From Carcharhinus longimanus (taxonomy: Eukaryota): a stretch of 64,000 bases of DNA. Shown in pieces: positions 26,771 through 38,290 of this stretch (its first letter is position 1; the number at the start of each line of letters is the position of its first letter). Both the position numbers and the translations under genes were made by a program. The notes below the pieces were generated by a model, which did no database searches, was not told the origin of the DNA, and saw only the letters and a list, made by a program, of their open reading frames with translations. The stretch is taken from positions 41,061,549-41,125,548 of the forward strand of contig JASCQW010000032.1 of assembly GCA_030264375.1 (NCBI GenBank), written 5' to 3'.

Positions 26771-27125
26771 AGAAGAGAAGATAAGAAGAGAAGGGATAGG
26801 ACCTATAAAAAGGTGAGGGGGGAAAGGTTTGTGTGGAACCAGAAGAAATGGCAGAGGTGCTTAACGAGTACTTCACCTCAGTATTCACAGTGGAAGCCGA
26901 TCTGGGAGATTTTGTTATGGATTTGCAGCAGATGGAAAAGATTGAGTACGTGNNNNNNNNNNNNNNNNNNNNNNNNNNNNNNNNNNNNNNNNNNNNNNNN
27001 NNNNNNNNNNNNNNNNNNNNNNNNNNNNNNNNNNNNNNNNNNNNNNNNNNNNTGGTAGGTGTTGACGTGATCGGCGCAACTCGTGGGCCGAAGGGCCTGT
27101 TTGTGCTGTAGTGTTCTATGTTCTA
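26771..27125 (+). mobile_element. Young 5'-truncated CR1, middle collapsed in a gap
   Basis: Encodes EPEEMAEVLNEYFTSVFT; tail gggccgaagggcctgtttgtgctgtagtgttctatgttcta, the same family as at 24686 and 63290. Confidence 0.85.
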
Positions 27126-27734
27126 TTAAATATTGGTTTGAAACGAGATGTCAGATAAATTTCACCTGGAGTTTTGCTTCTACATAATACAGCCAACTCA
27201 ATGGAAGGAATATCTGCCTCATTTCTACCCTGTCTTTCCAATATAAAGCAGGAGGGTAATGAGATATCTTAAAATAAATCCTTACCCAGTCCTCTCAACT
27301 GAGGTTCACATGATACAATTTCTGAGTGAGCCTCGAAATAGGTGCTAAGTAGTCATGCATCAAAGCAGGCAGAAATCTCCTTACAATATCTGAATTGTGG
27401 GTTTTATGCCAAAGTTTAGGACCGTGAAGCAACTTTGATCTTCCAGTGGGACATGTGCATGATCTGCCTGGTGGAACTCAGTGCACAACAGGAGTGTCCT
27501 TCCCAGGAGCACTGCAGACTGCTCAGAAAAACTCAAACACACTATACTCCGGATGATTATGCATCATCGCCTTGGTACCAATATCATGACCCCCATCTCC
27601 ACTTTCTAGTACTGCCTCAATCCCATGAAGAGTTGCTCCCACACACCAAAATCATCTGTCGGCATGCACCAGCAGCTCACTAAATCTAATAAGGCCCAAC
27701 CAAAAATTAGTTCTGGCCACTCGGCATTGGATCC

Positions 27735-28348
27735 ACATAATCGAAATCCCAATGCATGTTAGTCATTGTGAGAAGATGGCTCTGGTTATATCACCTGCAT
27801 GCCTCTGTCTTGGGTTCTTGTAAAGGGATGAGTAGCCATCTCTTCAAGGGATGTCCTTCATCCCAGAGGAACTTTCCACAAACTTAGCGAGTGGAGTGAA
27901 GAGATGTGGCAGCCTGAATCAGCAGAGGATGAAGTAGTCATGGCAGTGTGTACTCGGAGGACAATCTAATTTTGGTCATGGAACAGTTGAACATTGAGGC
28001 AGAGGAAGTCCTTCCTGGCAACATGGGTACAATCAATACGCTCTTCAACTTACTGTATCCAGCAGCAAAATCCACAGCCCTCTGTGTTTGTGAGGGCCCC
28101 AACCATTATGTATTGAATGTATTGCTCCCACAATCTGGGCTGTCATTAGTGAGATGCAGAGTTGTGCAGCCATTTACATGATGCCAGCAAAGCCCAAAAT
28201 GATCCTTCGAAAGAACCAAAAGTGATGAGGTTTTAAGTTTAGTGACTTTGACTTCTGTTGGCAGCATATGTTGAGTGGTGCTGCCAGCTGTGAGATTTCC
28301 CACGACCCAAACATCTGTGACCACCTGTTTGGAGAGTTGCAGTCTCAC
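27735..28348 (-). mobile_element. PIF/Harbinger (HARBI1-like) transposase fossil
   Basis: Minus-strand motifs in the expected order: RLQLSKQVVTDV, HMLPTEVKVT, FGSFEG, QRAVDFAA, IDCTHVA (28017-28037), RKDFLCLNVQL, CHDYFIL, LWDEGHPLKRWLLIPLQEPKTEACR*YNQSH. Contains deletions and frameshifts. Confidence 0.85.
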
Positions 28349-28349
28349 A

Positions 28350-29309
28350 TCACACTCCAAAGCCATTGATCATCAAGGAATGGTCCAGGTTCCACTGAAG
28401 GAATTAAGTGGAAGGCAAAAGCACTGCTCAGTTTGTGGCAACTTTAAAAAAGATGACAGAACATTGTGAGTTTGGTGAGTCAGTAGAAGGTACTCTTCCA
28501 GATCAAGTTTGTGGTCTCTGAAATGAGGCTATCCAAAGAAAACTGCTTTCTGAACATGCTTTGCATTTTCTACTGTTGTCTTGAAAGTCAGTGTCAATGG
28601 AACTAGCTGCAAAAGAGGGTTCACAATTTGGGGCAGGAATGAAGATCCACAAGTTGGGAACGGCCCATAAGAAGTCAAAACCTTAACAAGCACATCACAG
28701 CGAAGTGCCAAAATGTTCCATTTAGCGAGTGAATGCTGGAGTAAGGATAGTCACTGCAACAATTGTGGCAAAATGGGTTACATTGCAAAAGCTTTTTGGA
28801 CAAGACCAGCTTCCCAACATGAATATTCAGAAGAATAACCTAGATATCTTCAAGAACAACAAATTGCATTCTACAAAAAGAATTTACAACATAAAAGAAA
28901 GGATAGCAACTGTGAAGAGGAGAATGTCCAGAAATATGATGAAGAATTCCAACTGAACACCTTATCCATACAGGGTGAATCACATAGATTCTAGGTAATT
29001 CTGAATATGAATGGACAACCTATTAGAACGCAGGTTGATATTGGCACAGCTGTATTTTTTATTCCTGAGACTACATACCAAGAGAAGCTGATGCATCTTT
29101 CTATACAACCCGCCGATGTGATTTTAAAGACATATATGGAAGAGTTGTTCTGTTAGACGGTTACATCATGATCAACGTAGAGTTGGGTGGACACACAGCA
29201 GAGTTGCCTCTCAATGTGGTGCATGTTAAGTTTACAGGACTATCTGGAAGATCATGGTTGGAGAAGATAAAGGTTAACTGGAATGCTGTCAACAGATTGG
29301 GTGATGTTA
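28350..29309 (+). mobile_element. Decayed Ty3/Gypsy LTR retrotransposon, gag and protease segment
   Basis: Frameshifted motifs: HTPKPLIIKEWSRFH, AQFVATLKKMTEHCEFG, VCGL*NEAIQRKLL, SMELAAKEGSQF, degenerate zinc knuckle CNNCGKMGYIAKAF (about 28755), protease GQPIRTQVDIGTAV (about 29012), GRSWLEKIKVNW. 5' LTR and gag N-terminus not found. Confidence 0.85.
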
Positions 29310-32300
29310 AAGAACAAAGAACAGTACAACACAGGAACTGGCCTTTGGCTCACCAAGTCTGTGCTGACACAGATGCCTCTCTGATCTAATATTTTCTTGC
29401 CTCTGCGTGGTCTGTTTCCCTCTATTATCTGCCTATTCATATATCCATCCAGATGCCCCTTGAACATTGTTATAGAATGTGCTTTCACCATTTCCTCTGG
29501 CAGCATTGTTCCAGATATTCATCACCGTGTGTGTGAAAAACTTGCCCCTTACATCTCTTTAAAACTTTCCCCCTTTCACTTTCAATCTATATCCTCGGGT
29601 AATTGACCCTTCTACCCCAGGAAAAAGATTCTGACTAACCATTCTGTCTAAGCCTGTCATAATCTTGTAAACCTCTATCAGCTCCCCCTTCATTCTCAGA
29701 CATTCCAATGAAAACAAGTCAACTTTGTTCAACCTTTCCTCATAACCCATACCCTCCAAACCAGGCAACATCCTTTCCAACATCTTCCTGGTAGTGTGGC
29801 GAGCAGAATTGTACACAATACATGAAATGCAGCCTAACCAAAGTCTAATACAGCTGCAGCATGACTTTCCAATTCCTATACTTAACGTCCCGACTGATGA
29901 AGGCCAGCATGCCATACACCTTCTTGACCATCGTTATCCACCGGAGTTGCCACCTTCAGGGAACTGTGGATCTGCATGCCAGGATCCCTCAGTATGCTAA
30001 TATTTCTAATGGCTCTACCATTTACTGTATACTTTGCTTCTGCAGTAGACATTCCAAATTGCATCAACTCACATTTGTCTAGGTTAATTTCCAGCTGCCA
30101 TCTTTTGGCCCAGGTCTCCAGATGATTTATATCCTGTTGTGTCCTCTGACAATCCCCTTCCTATCTGCTGCTCCTACAATTTTTGTATTATCTGCAAAGT
30201 TACTAATCAGATCACCTACATTACCTCCTCCCTTTTTAATTCAACATATCCTAGAATGGCAATATCCTTCTTTCTACACTCACCATCCACCACATCCTTG
30301 TCCTTTACGAATACTGACGCAAAGTACTCGTTAAGAACCTCACCCACCTCATCTGGCTCCACACACAAATTCCCTCCACTGTCCTTGAGTGGGCCTACCC
30401 TTTCCATAGATACCCTCTTCCTCTTTATATCCATATAAAAAGCCTTGGGATTCTCCTTAATCCTGCCTGCCAAGGACAAGGAGTCTTTTGCCCTCCTAAG
30501 TCCCTGTTTAAGCACTTCCATGCTTTCTTTGTATTCCTCAAGAACTTTATCCGTTTTCAATTTCCTGAAATTTATGTATGCCTCCTCCTTTTTCACTAAG
30601 CTCACAATTTCTCTTGTCATCCAGCGTTCCTGGATCTTGCCATCTTTATCCTTAATTTTTACAGGGACATAATTGTCCTGAATTGTTAACTGACCCTTAA
30701 AAGACTCCCGCATACCAGATGTGGACTTGCCCTCAAACAGCCACCCCCAGTCTACAATCTCCAACTCCTGTCTCATATTGTCGTAGTTTTCCCCCAATTT
30801 AGTACTTTCACTCTGGGACTACTTCTAACTTCTTCTACAAGTATCTTAATACTTACAGAATTGTGATCATTGTTCCCAAAATGGTGTCCCACTGAGACAT
30901 CATTTCCCAGAACCAGGTCTAAGATAGCCCCTTCCCAAATTGGATTATCTATATGTAATCTCAAGAAGCACTCTTAGGCACACTAAACAAACTCTGCCCT
31001 ATCCAAGTCTCTGGCACTGAAAGAATTCCAGTCTATGTTGGGAAAGTTAAGATCACCTATTACAACAACCCTGTTGGTTTTATATCTTCCTATGATCTGC
31101 TGACATATCAGTTCCTCCACTTATGCTGGCTGTTGGGAAGTCTGTAGTACTACTCCAACAGTGCGATTGCACTGCTGCTGTTCCTGAGTTCTACCCATTT
31201 GGCCTTACTGCATGATCCCACCAAGGTGTCCTCTTTCTGTATAGCTGTGACATTCTCCCTAATCAGTAAAGCAACATCCCCACCTCTTTTGTCACCCTCT
31301 CATCTCGCCTGAAGCATCTAAATTGTGGAATGCTGAGCTGTCAGCCCTGCCCTATTGCATCCAAATCTCTATAATTACCACAACAACATAGTTCCATTAT
31401 CCGCCTTAGCTGTCGTACTCCTTGTGTTAAAGCAAACACATGTCAGACCATCTGTCCAGTCATGTTTAGTACACTCTCCCTGCGTTTTTATTCCTCTTAG
31501 CCCAACTGGACCCATTCACTGAGTTCTCCACACTCTCTGTACTGTGGCCCTTGTTGATTTTTGTCTTTGGTTTCTCTGCCTTTCACTTTACCCCTGGCTG
31601 TCTTTTGTTTCTCGCCCTTTTTTACTTCCCTCTGACTTCCTGCATTGGTTCCCATCACCCTGCCACATTAGTTTAAACCTTCCCCAGCAGCACCAGTAAA
31701 CACTCTGTCTTTGACATTGGTTCTAATCCTGCCCAGGGTCAGACCATACGATTTGTACTGCTCCCACCTCCCTCAGAACCGGTTCAAATGTCCCAGGAAT
31801 TTCCCAACTTGGGAAAGGGCTATCTTAGACCTGGTTCTGAGAAACGAGCCCAGACAGGTGATTGATTTATTTTGTATGAATTTCTATGAATTCGAATCCC
31901 TCCCTCTTGCACCATCTCTCAACCCACGTATTCATCTCAGCTATCCTGACATTCCTACGCTGACGAGCTGCCCTCTCAATTGCGTTGGGACGTTGCAGTC
32001 TACGCACAAATGCTACTCGTGTTATTTTCCATCCTAAGTTCCTCCTCCCTGAAGGTTTTGATGGCAGTCATGTGCGTGACCTTTCCCCTCCTCACCCTGC
32101 TGACCAATCCTGTATCAGAGTCTAGCCATTGTGCCATGAGGGCCACATGGCAAACCAGCCCTGGACCCGTCCACCATCCGATTCATAGCAGAGCTGTCTT
32201 GTGGGGCTGAATGGCCTCTTTTTCCTACATTCCTGACTTAGTCTAAGCCTCCTTGTGCTTTTCAGGAGGGTCAGTATCAGTAATGGCGTGGGGGGTTGTG
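29310..32300 (-). mobile_element. Long CR1 LINE with internal deletions (ORF1 esterase remnant, endonuclease, RT) inserted into the Gypsy element
   Basis: ORFs 30216-30797 (KENPKAFY...EVLNEYFASVF), 30773-30964 (ILDLVLGN...DHNSV) and 29559-29915. Tail ttctttgttcttt at 29310; ORF1 C-terminus-like sequence at 31660-31800. Confidence 0.88.
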
Positions 32301-32907
32301 GTTGAAATCCTCTCCTTGCTCTCCAAGTAACCNNNNNNNNNNTCGGAGCAGTTCCAGATTGAGATTGGAGTACTCAGCACAGACCAGTGATCAAATCTGA
32401 GATCTCGCAGACTTCTCACTCCAGCCTGGTATAGCTAGCCACTGAGCGAGCCATCACTTTTCAAGTTGCTTGGGACAATAACATTTGGGTTGATGATTGT
32501 CCAGTGCAGCCTCATTATACGACTTCCTGTTACAGTAAAGTTACTCAACGTTGTCCCCTCGAGGCTCCACAAGGCTGCCAGCCCTAGAAGTGTTCAAAAC
32601 TCTGCTATAATTGTTGCTTGATGTGATCTAACTCCATTTTCTCTCTCTAGTGCATCCCATGAGATGTTTCCTGAGCTGCTGCTTGTTCTGCCTGATGTCT
32701 CCTCTCCTAATCAGTGCTTCCTTTTGCAGTCTGTACTATTCCTTCTAACCACTGATTTTTCAGAACCTGAAGTGTTTGATTGCATGCTTGTTGCAATAAG
32801 TGGTCCCTGGCGGTGCCGGTTGTAGTCAGTCTGGCTCCCCGTTGAAAAGTCAGCTAGCAGATGCAGCATTCAGCCACGTTGATATCAACTGCACCTTGAA
32901 GCCCTCT

Positions 32908-33400
32908 TAGAATCCCCAGGTGCAGGAGGAGGCCATTTGGCCCATCAAATCTGCACCGACTCTCCAAAAGAGCATCTCACCCAGGCACATCCCTTATCCC
33001 TGTAACTCCATGCATTTACCATGGCCAATCCTCCTAACCTGCACATCTTTGGGCACTAAGGGGCAATTTAGCATGGCCAATCCGCCTAACGTGCACATCT
33101 TTGGGCACTAAGGGGCAATTTAGCATGGCCAATCCACCTAACGCGCACATCTTTGGACACTTTTGGGTAACATAACCTGGCTGATCCTCCTAACCTACAT
33201 ATCTTTGGACACTATGGGGCAATTTGGCTCAGCCAATCCACCTAACCCTCACATCTTTGGACAATGAAAGGGAAATTTAGCTTGGTTAATCTACGTAACC
33301 TACACATCTTTGAACACTAAGGGGTAATTTAGCGTGGCCAATTCCCCTAATCTGCACATCTTTTGAGTGTGGAAGGAAACTGGAGCTCCCAGAGGAAACC
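32908..33400 (-). mobile_element. Headless HE1-type SINE with an expanded internal tandem repeat
   Basis: About 7 copies of a roughly 52-bp unit, ctaaggggcaatttagcatggccaatccacctaacctgcacatctttggaca, at 33014-33365, followed on the minus strand by the SINE tail. Confidence 0.85.
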
Positions 33401-33619
33401 CTTCTGATTCCTATTCTTGGATAGAGGGGTAGGAGAAGAAGTAGGCTGTTTTTGTTTTTCATGTAGACCAGTGCGTGAAGGGTTGCAGCCCACTTCTCAG
33501 TTTGAAAAATGGGGCAGCTCGTGAGTAACAAGTCAACTTGTATTGAAGGCAGTTCAGAAATGATTCTTCAGGCAGAATAACGGTATCTTCTGGTTAGGTT
33601 GGATTCGCTGGAATTAAGA

Positions 33620-33990
33620 AGAATGGGAGGCAATCTTATTGAAACATTTGAGATCCTGAGAGGATGTTTTCTCCCGTGGGAGTTAGGAGACATCATTTAA
33701 TAAAAAGGGTCCTCTTATTTAAGATGGATATGAGGAGGAATTTCTTTTCTCAGATGTTCATTAGTATTTGGAATCCTTTGCCCCAATGCAGTGGGGAGGC
33801 GCTGGATCTATGAATATATTCAAGGTTGAGTTAGACAGATTTTTGGTCGACCAGGGAGTCAAGGTTTATGGGGCACAGGCAGGAAAATGGGATTATGCCC
33901 ACCATCAGATCAACCATGATCTTATCGAATGACAGAACAACCTTGATGGACTGAATGCCCCCCTCCAACTCCTGTTTCTTATAATCTTCA
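33620..33990 (+). mobile_element. CR1 3' end fragment
   Basis: Contains gaagaatgggaggcaatcttattgaaaca, atattcaaggttgagttagacagattttt and a tail ...cctgtttcttat. Confidence 0.75.
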
Positions 33991-34889
33991 ACCATTTAGA
34001 TGTGGGAGAGAANNNNNNNNNNNNNNNNNNNNNNNNNNNNNNNNNNNNNNNNNNNNNNNNNNNNNNNNNNNNNNNNNNNNNNNNNNNNNNNNNNNNNNNN
34101 NNNNNNNNNNNNTAAATTCTGGAATGCGAATCTGCCAGTCCTGCCCTAAGCAGATCTGTAGCACCTTCTGGTTAAATACAACAAGTGTATTCAAAGAGAT
34201 ACTTGGCTCAATAAAGGGCATTCAAGGGAAATTCAAGATAAAGGCTAATAGTCAACCAAAATGTTCAAAGAAAGAGCAGTGCCATAGGCAATGTGTCCCA
34301 AGGTCAAAGAGGTATTTGTATGATTGTTAACATTGGTGAGTTAGAACTGGTTACAATGAGTGACTGGGCTACCCCCATCGTTCCTGTCACGAAACCAGAT
34401 GGTTCAGTTCTTTTTTAAAACAACCATAAATCCACTGTTGTGTGCTGATCAATATCAGCTTCCTTTAATTGAAAATTTGCTCAGTTATCAAGTGAGCAGA
34501 AATTCAGCAAGATTGATCTTTCTCAAGCAATTTACAGATGAATGTAGCCACGGAATCTCAACCATTGCTTATCATTATTACTAATGTAAGGTTTTTTCAT
34601 TATAAAACATTGCCTTTTGGATTAACATTGACGCCAGCCCTATTCCAAACATCAAGGGATCAGGTTTTAAGTGGTGTCTCTGATGTACAACATTACCTGG
34701 ATGATATTCAAATTACAGAGTTCAGTGAACAAGAGCACTCAAATATTTTAGAAGCAATATTGGAACGTCTTCAAATACACGGTTTGTGTATCAAGAAAGA
34801 AAAATGTGACTTTTTCCAAACGTCAGTCCAGTATTTGAGTCACATCACTGATAGTAAAGACCTACATAAAGCATCAAAAAGGATGAACG

Positions 34890-35159
34890 GGAGCCAAGCG
34901 GCACCCCAAGGTGCTCCGCAACAATATTCAAGGCATTACCAAACCTGCCATCAGGCGTCTGGCTCGCCGCCAAGGTGTCAAGTGTATCTCCGGCTGGATC
35001 TACGATGAGGTCCGCAGGGTGCTGAAGGTGTTTTTGGAGAATGTGATCAGGGACTCGGTGACCTACACTGAATACGCCAAGCGCAAAACGGTGACCGCCA
35101 TGGATGTGGTGTGCGCGCTAAAGTGCCAGGGGCGGACCCTGTATAGCTTTGGTGGTTGA
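34890..35159 (+). pseudogene. H4: Histone H4-derived sequence (residues about 14-102 plus stop), lacking the N-terminal tail and ATG, embedded in Gypsy pol
   Basis: Translates [89 protein letters not shown]. 13 of 89 residues differ from canonical metazoan H4. No promoter and no 3' stem-loop. Confidence 0.93.
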
Positions 35160-36615
35160 GGACATCGTGAAGGGGAACAGAGACTAGAAGTACCAAGACC
35201 AACGAATGCGATGCAATTGAGGTCCTTTCGAGGACTGATAAATTCTTATGGCCAATTTGTTCCGAACTTAGCTACATTATTGAATCCAGTACGTAATTTG
35301 CTATGTGTCAAACAGTCATGGGACTGGACAACAGAATGTGAGAAAGCATACAAAGATCTCATAGATTCTTTGCAGAAATCTCAAATATTGGTCCATTTTA
35401 ATCTGTAGCTACCATTACTGTTTGCTTGCGATGCAAGGGCAGTAGTTTCACATATTATGCCTTTGGAAAAAGAGCAACTAATAGCTTTTGTTGAGTGTGC
35501 TCTGATGAGTGCTGAATCTAACTCTGCTCAGTTAGAAAAAAAGAACCGAGTATAATTTTTGGCATTCAATGGCTTCATTATTATTTATATTGTTGTCATT
35601 TCACATTATCGACTGATCATCAACCCTTAACTATTATTTTTGGCCCGTATAAAGGCATACCACTGTTAGTTGCTAGGTGATTGCAAAGATAGTCATTGAT
35701 CCTACCTGCACGCTCCTATGATGTAAAGTTTCCTCAATGTCATGCTAATGCTTTATCATGCTTACTTTTACCTATTGAGCCACAAGCTGGCTTTACTAAT
35801 ATTCTTTATTTTTTGCTAGTAGATCATTTGTCTGTGACAGCTCCTCAAGTTTAGAGACATACCAGAAATAATCCTGTGATGGGGAAATTGATGGATATAG
35901 TATTGAAGGGAATGATAGTTGGAATGCATTGTTTACATCCTGATTTGTAACTACATATGTCAAGAAAGCTCGAGTTGACTGTCCAAGGTGGATGTCTATT
36001 GTAGCGATCATTCCTCCTGGCGGTGTGAGAGAGTTCCTGAACAATTACATGAAGGATATCCTGGTGTACTTCAGATGAAAGAGTCATTTTTGGTGGCTGG
36101 GTCCGAATGCTCAGATTGAAGAAAAAGTGAGACAGTGTCAATCCTGTGCATGAATAAGAAATATGTCACTGATGTCTTCTTTACAATCTAACATGCCATG
36201 GCAACAATTGCAGATAGATTTTGCTGCTCTGTTTGAGGGTCACAAGTTTTAATCATAATTGATGTACAGTCAAAGTGGCCAGGAATTATCATGAGATCTA
36301 CCACATCTGAACAAATCATTGAAAAAGTTAACAAAATCAATGCAAGATCTGGTAAACCAGAACAGATTATTAGTGATAATGGTTCAGTTTTACTGGACAA
36401 GAGTTTGAGGATTATCTCAAAGTAAGTGACATTCAATACATAAAATCCACACCTTATATCTGTCAACCAAAGGATTAGCTAGAAGATTTGTACATTTCTT
36501 GAAACATTCTTTAGAAGTTTCAAAATTGCTTTTTGGCATCTGATAGAAACACTTCTCGTGTGAGTACCCAAAGTTCACCTGCATTACTACTCTTAAAGAG
36601 AAAGTTGAGAACTAA

Positions 36616-36882
36616 CACAGCCACCCCCACCACCCCCATAACATAAATCTTTTCTAATTTTCTTTGCACTTAGTTCTAATGAAGGGTCATCCGGACTCAA
36701 AATATTGGCTTTATTCTCTCTCCNNNNNNNNNNNNNNNNNNNNNNNNNNNNNNNNNNNNNNNNNNNNNNNNNNNNNNNNNNNNNNNNNNNNNNNNNNNNN
36801 NNNNNNNNNNNNNNNNNNNNNNNCTCTCCACAGATGCTGTCAGACTGATGAGGTTTTCCAGCATTTTCTGTTTTTGGTGTTG
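36616..36882 (+). mobile_element. Penelope-type terminal fragment inserted in the Gypsy integrase, with a 14-bp target-site duplication
   Basis: Flanked by aagttgagaactaa (36602-36615) and aagttaagaactaa (36883-36896). Contains ctaatgaagggtcatccggactcaaaa, a decayed version of the core at 3104. Confidence 0.6.
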
Positions 36883-37500
36883 AAGTTAAGAACTAAGTTT
36901 GATTTATTACTACCTCTAGAAACATCAGAGGCCATAGAACGCCAACAAGAGTCTCAGGTCGCTAGACGAGAAGGCAAAATTATACCCATTTCAACAAGGT
37001 GTTCAACTGTTAGCGTGCTATTATGCCACAAATCAGAAATGGGTGTCAACCATACTTTTAGTGAAAACAGGTCCAATTTCTTACATGGTTCAAATCAAAG
37101 ATGAACTAGTTTGGCGATGCCGTGTTGACTGATTGTTGTCATCTCAAAATGATTTCTCAGAATCATCTTCAGAAGTACCAATATCTTTGGTTCCTAGTAT
37201 TGTGATTATTACTATGGAAGACTGAGACACCTAAGGATTGTGTCTATGCTACTATACCATGCAAGAATGGTGCAGAATTAGTTCCAAGAGTAGAAGTATC
37301 TACTGAAGTTCCAAATCATATTTCTGGTGTCAAGAACAGTCAAGTTCCAGAATGTCACATACAGCAATGAGGCATACACATCCTCTGATCTAATTTCTTA
37401 CTGACTGTATGTAATGGTCAATGATGCATAATACTGCATCTAAAGTATTATTGATCTTACGTATAACATTATAGTAATTTGTTGTCATGACCACAGAAAT

Positions 37501-37712
37501 AAAGGAGGGGTATTATGTATGTAAGTGGTTACAGATTGCCTAAGAGCAGATCACAGAATTTGATGGTGATGTTATTAGGGTGTTGCACAGGCTGCTGTTT
37601 TACTTTCAGTTTGTCCTCTGTACAGGCAACAGTTCCTGCAATAAATCTGTTGTTGTTAGTTTGAATCTACATGTGCAAACCACATTTTTTCAAACCCTAA
37701 CAACTCATTATA
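37501..37712 (+). mobile_element. Polypurine tract and 3' LTR of the Gypsy element
   Basis: aaaggagggg (37501-37510) is followed by about 200 bp bounded by tattatg...cattata (decayed TG...CA inverted termini), with AATAAA at 37640-37645. Confidence 0.65.
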
Positions 37713-37714
37713 TA

Positions 37715-38290
37715 TGTAGGACACGACAATACTCTCCTTTTTTGTACACTAAGAGTTCTTATTACGATTGTTTTTGATATTACTGGATAGTTTACTCTCA
37801 TCTTTACTTTATCAACTTTTTGGTTGCCCTATATTGGTTTCTAAAACATCCTAATCCTCAGATTTGTTACTGTTTTTATAAGCTTCTTCTTTTAATCTAA
37901 TATCATTCCTAAAATCCCAGAATGAGCCATGGATTGGTCCATCCGGCTTATTTTCTTTTGTTGGACATTTTGATTAATCTCTTTAAGTGCTTCCCACTGT
38001 TCATTTACAGCCATAGCTTTTAGCCTTTTTACCCAATTTACCATAGCCAGTTCTCCCGCAATACTTCTATAATTGGATTTCTTTAAGATTCTTGTTTGTG
38101 ACTGCATATGTCACTTCAAATTTAACATGGAATTTAATTCTGATGATTATTTCTCAGTGGATCTTTTAATATAACATTAGTAATTAATCCTGCTTCTTAC
38201 ACAGTATTCGTTGCTCCAAGAAATTCCACAAAAACATTCCAAACTCATCTTCTAGACCACTCTTGCTAATCTGCTTCTCCCAACCTGCAC
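37715..38290 (-). mobile_element. Old CR1 ORF2 fragment
   Basis: ORF 37892-38107 (KSNYRSIAGELAMVNW...VNEQWEALKE) is CR1 post-endonuclease sequence. Confidence 0.65.

Larger units (their letters stand above)
34150..37500 (+). mobile_element. Same Gypsy element: RT, RNase H and integrase, with many stops and frameshifts
   Basis: LPFGLTLTPALFQ and YLDD (34694), QLRSFRGLINSYGQFVPNLA, RNase H FACDA and TDHQPL, integrase LHEGYPG...FWW...CQSC, PWQQLQIDFA, SDNG. Interrupted by an H4 insert (34890-35183) and a Penelope-type insert (36616-36882). Confidence 0.9.

Noticed and set aside
33014-33365. CRISPR-like periodic array
   Set aside because: No unique spacers, the unit is a SINE-internal repeat, the context is vertebrate and there are no cas genes.
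34538-35008. RT-histone fusion protein
   Set aside because: The RT frame reads through H4 out of frame and stops at 35008, and pol is disabled elsewhere.
34911-35159. Functional histone H4 gene
   Set aside because: No ATG or residues 1-13, no promoter or stem-loop, and substitutions at invariant residues (R45C, R92C, Y88C).
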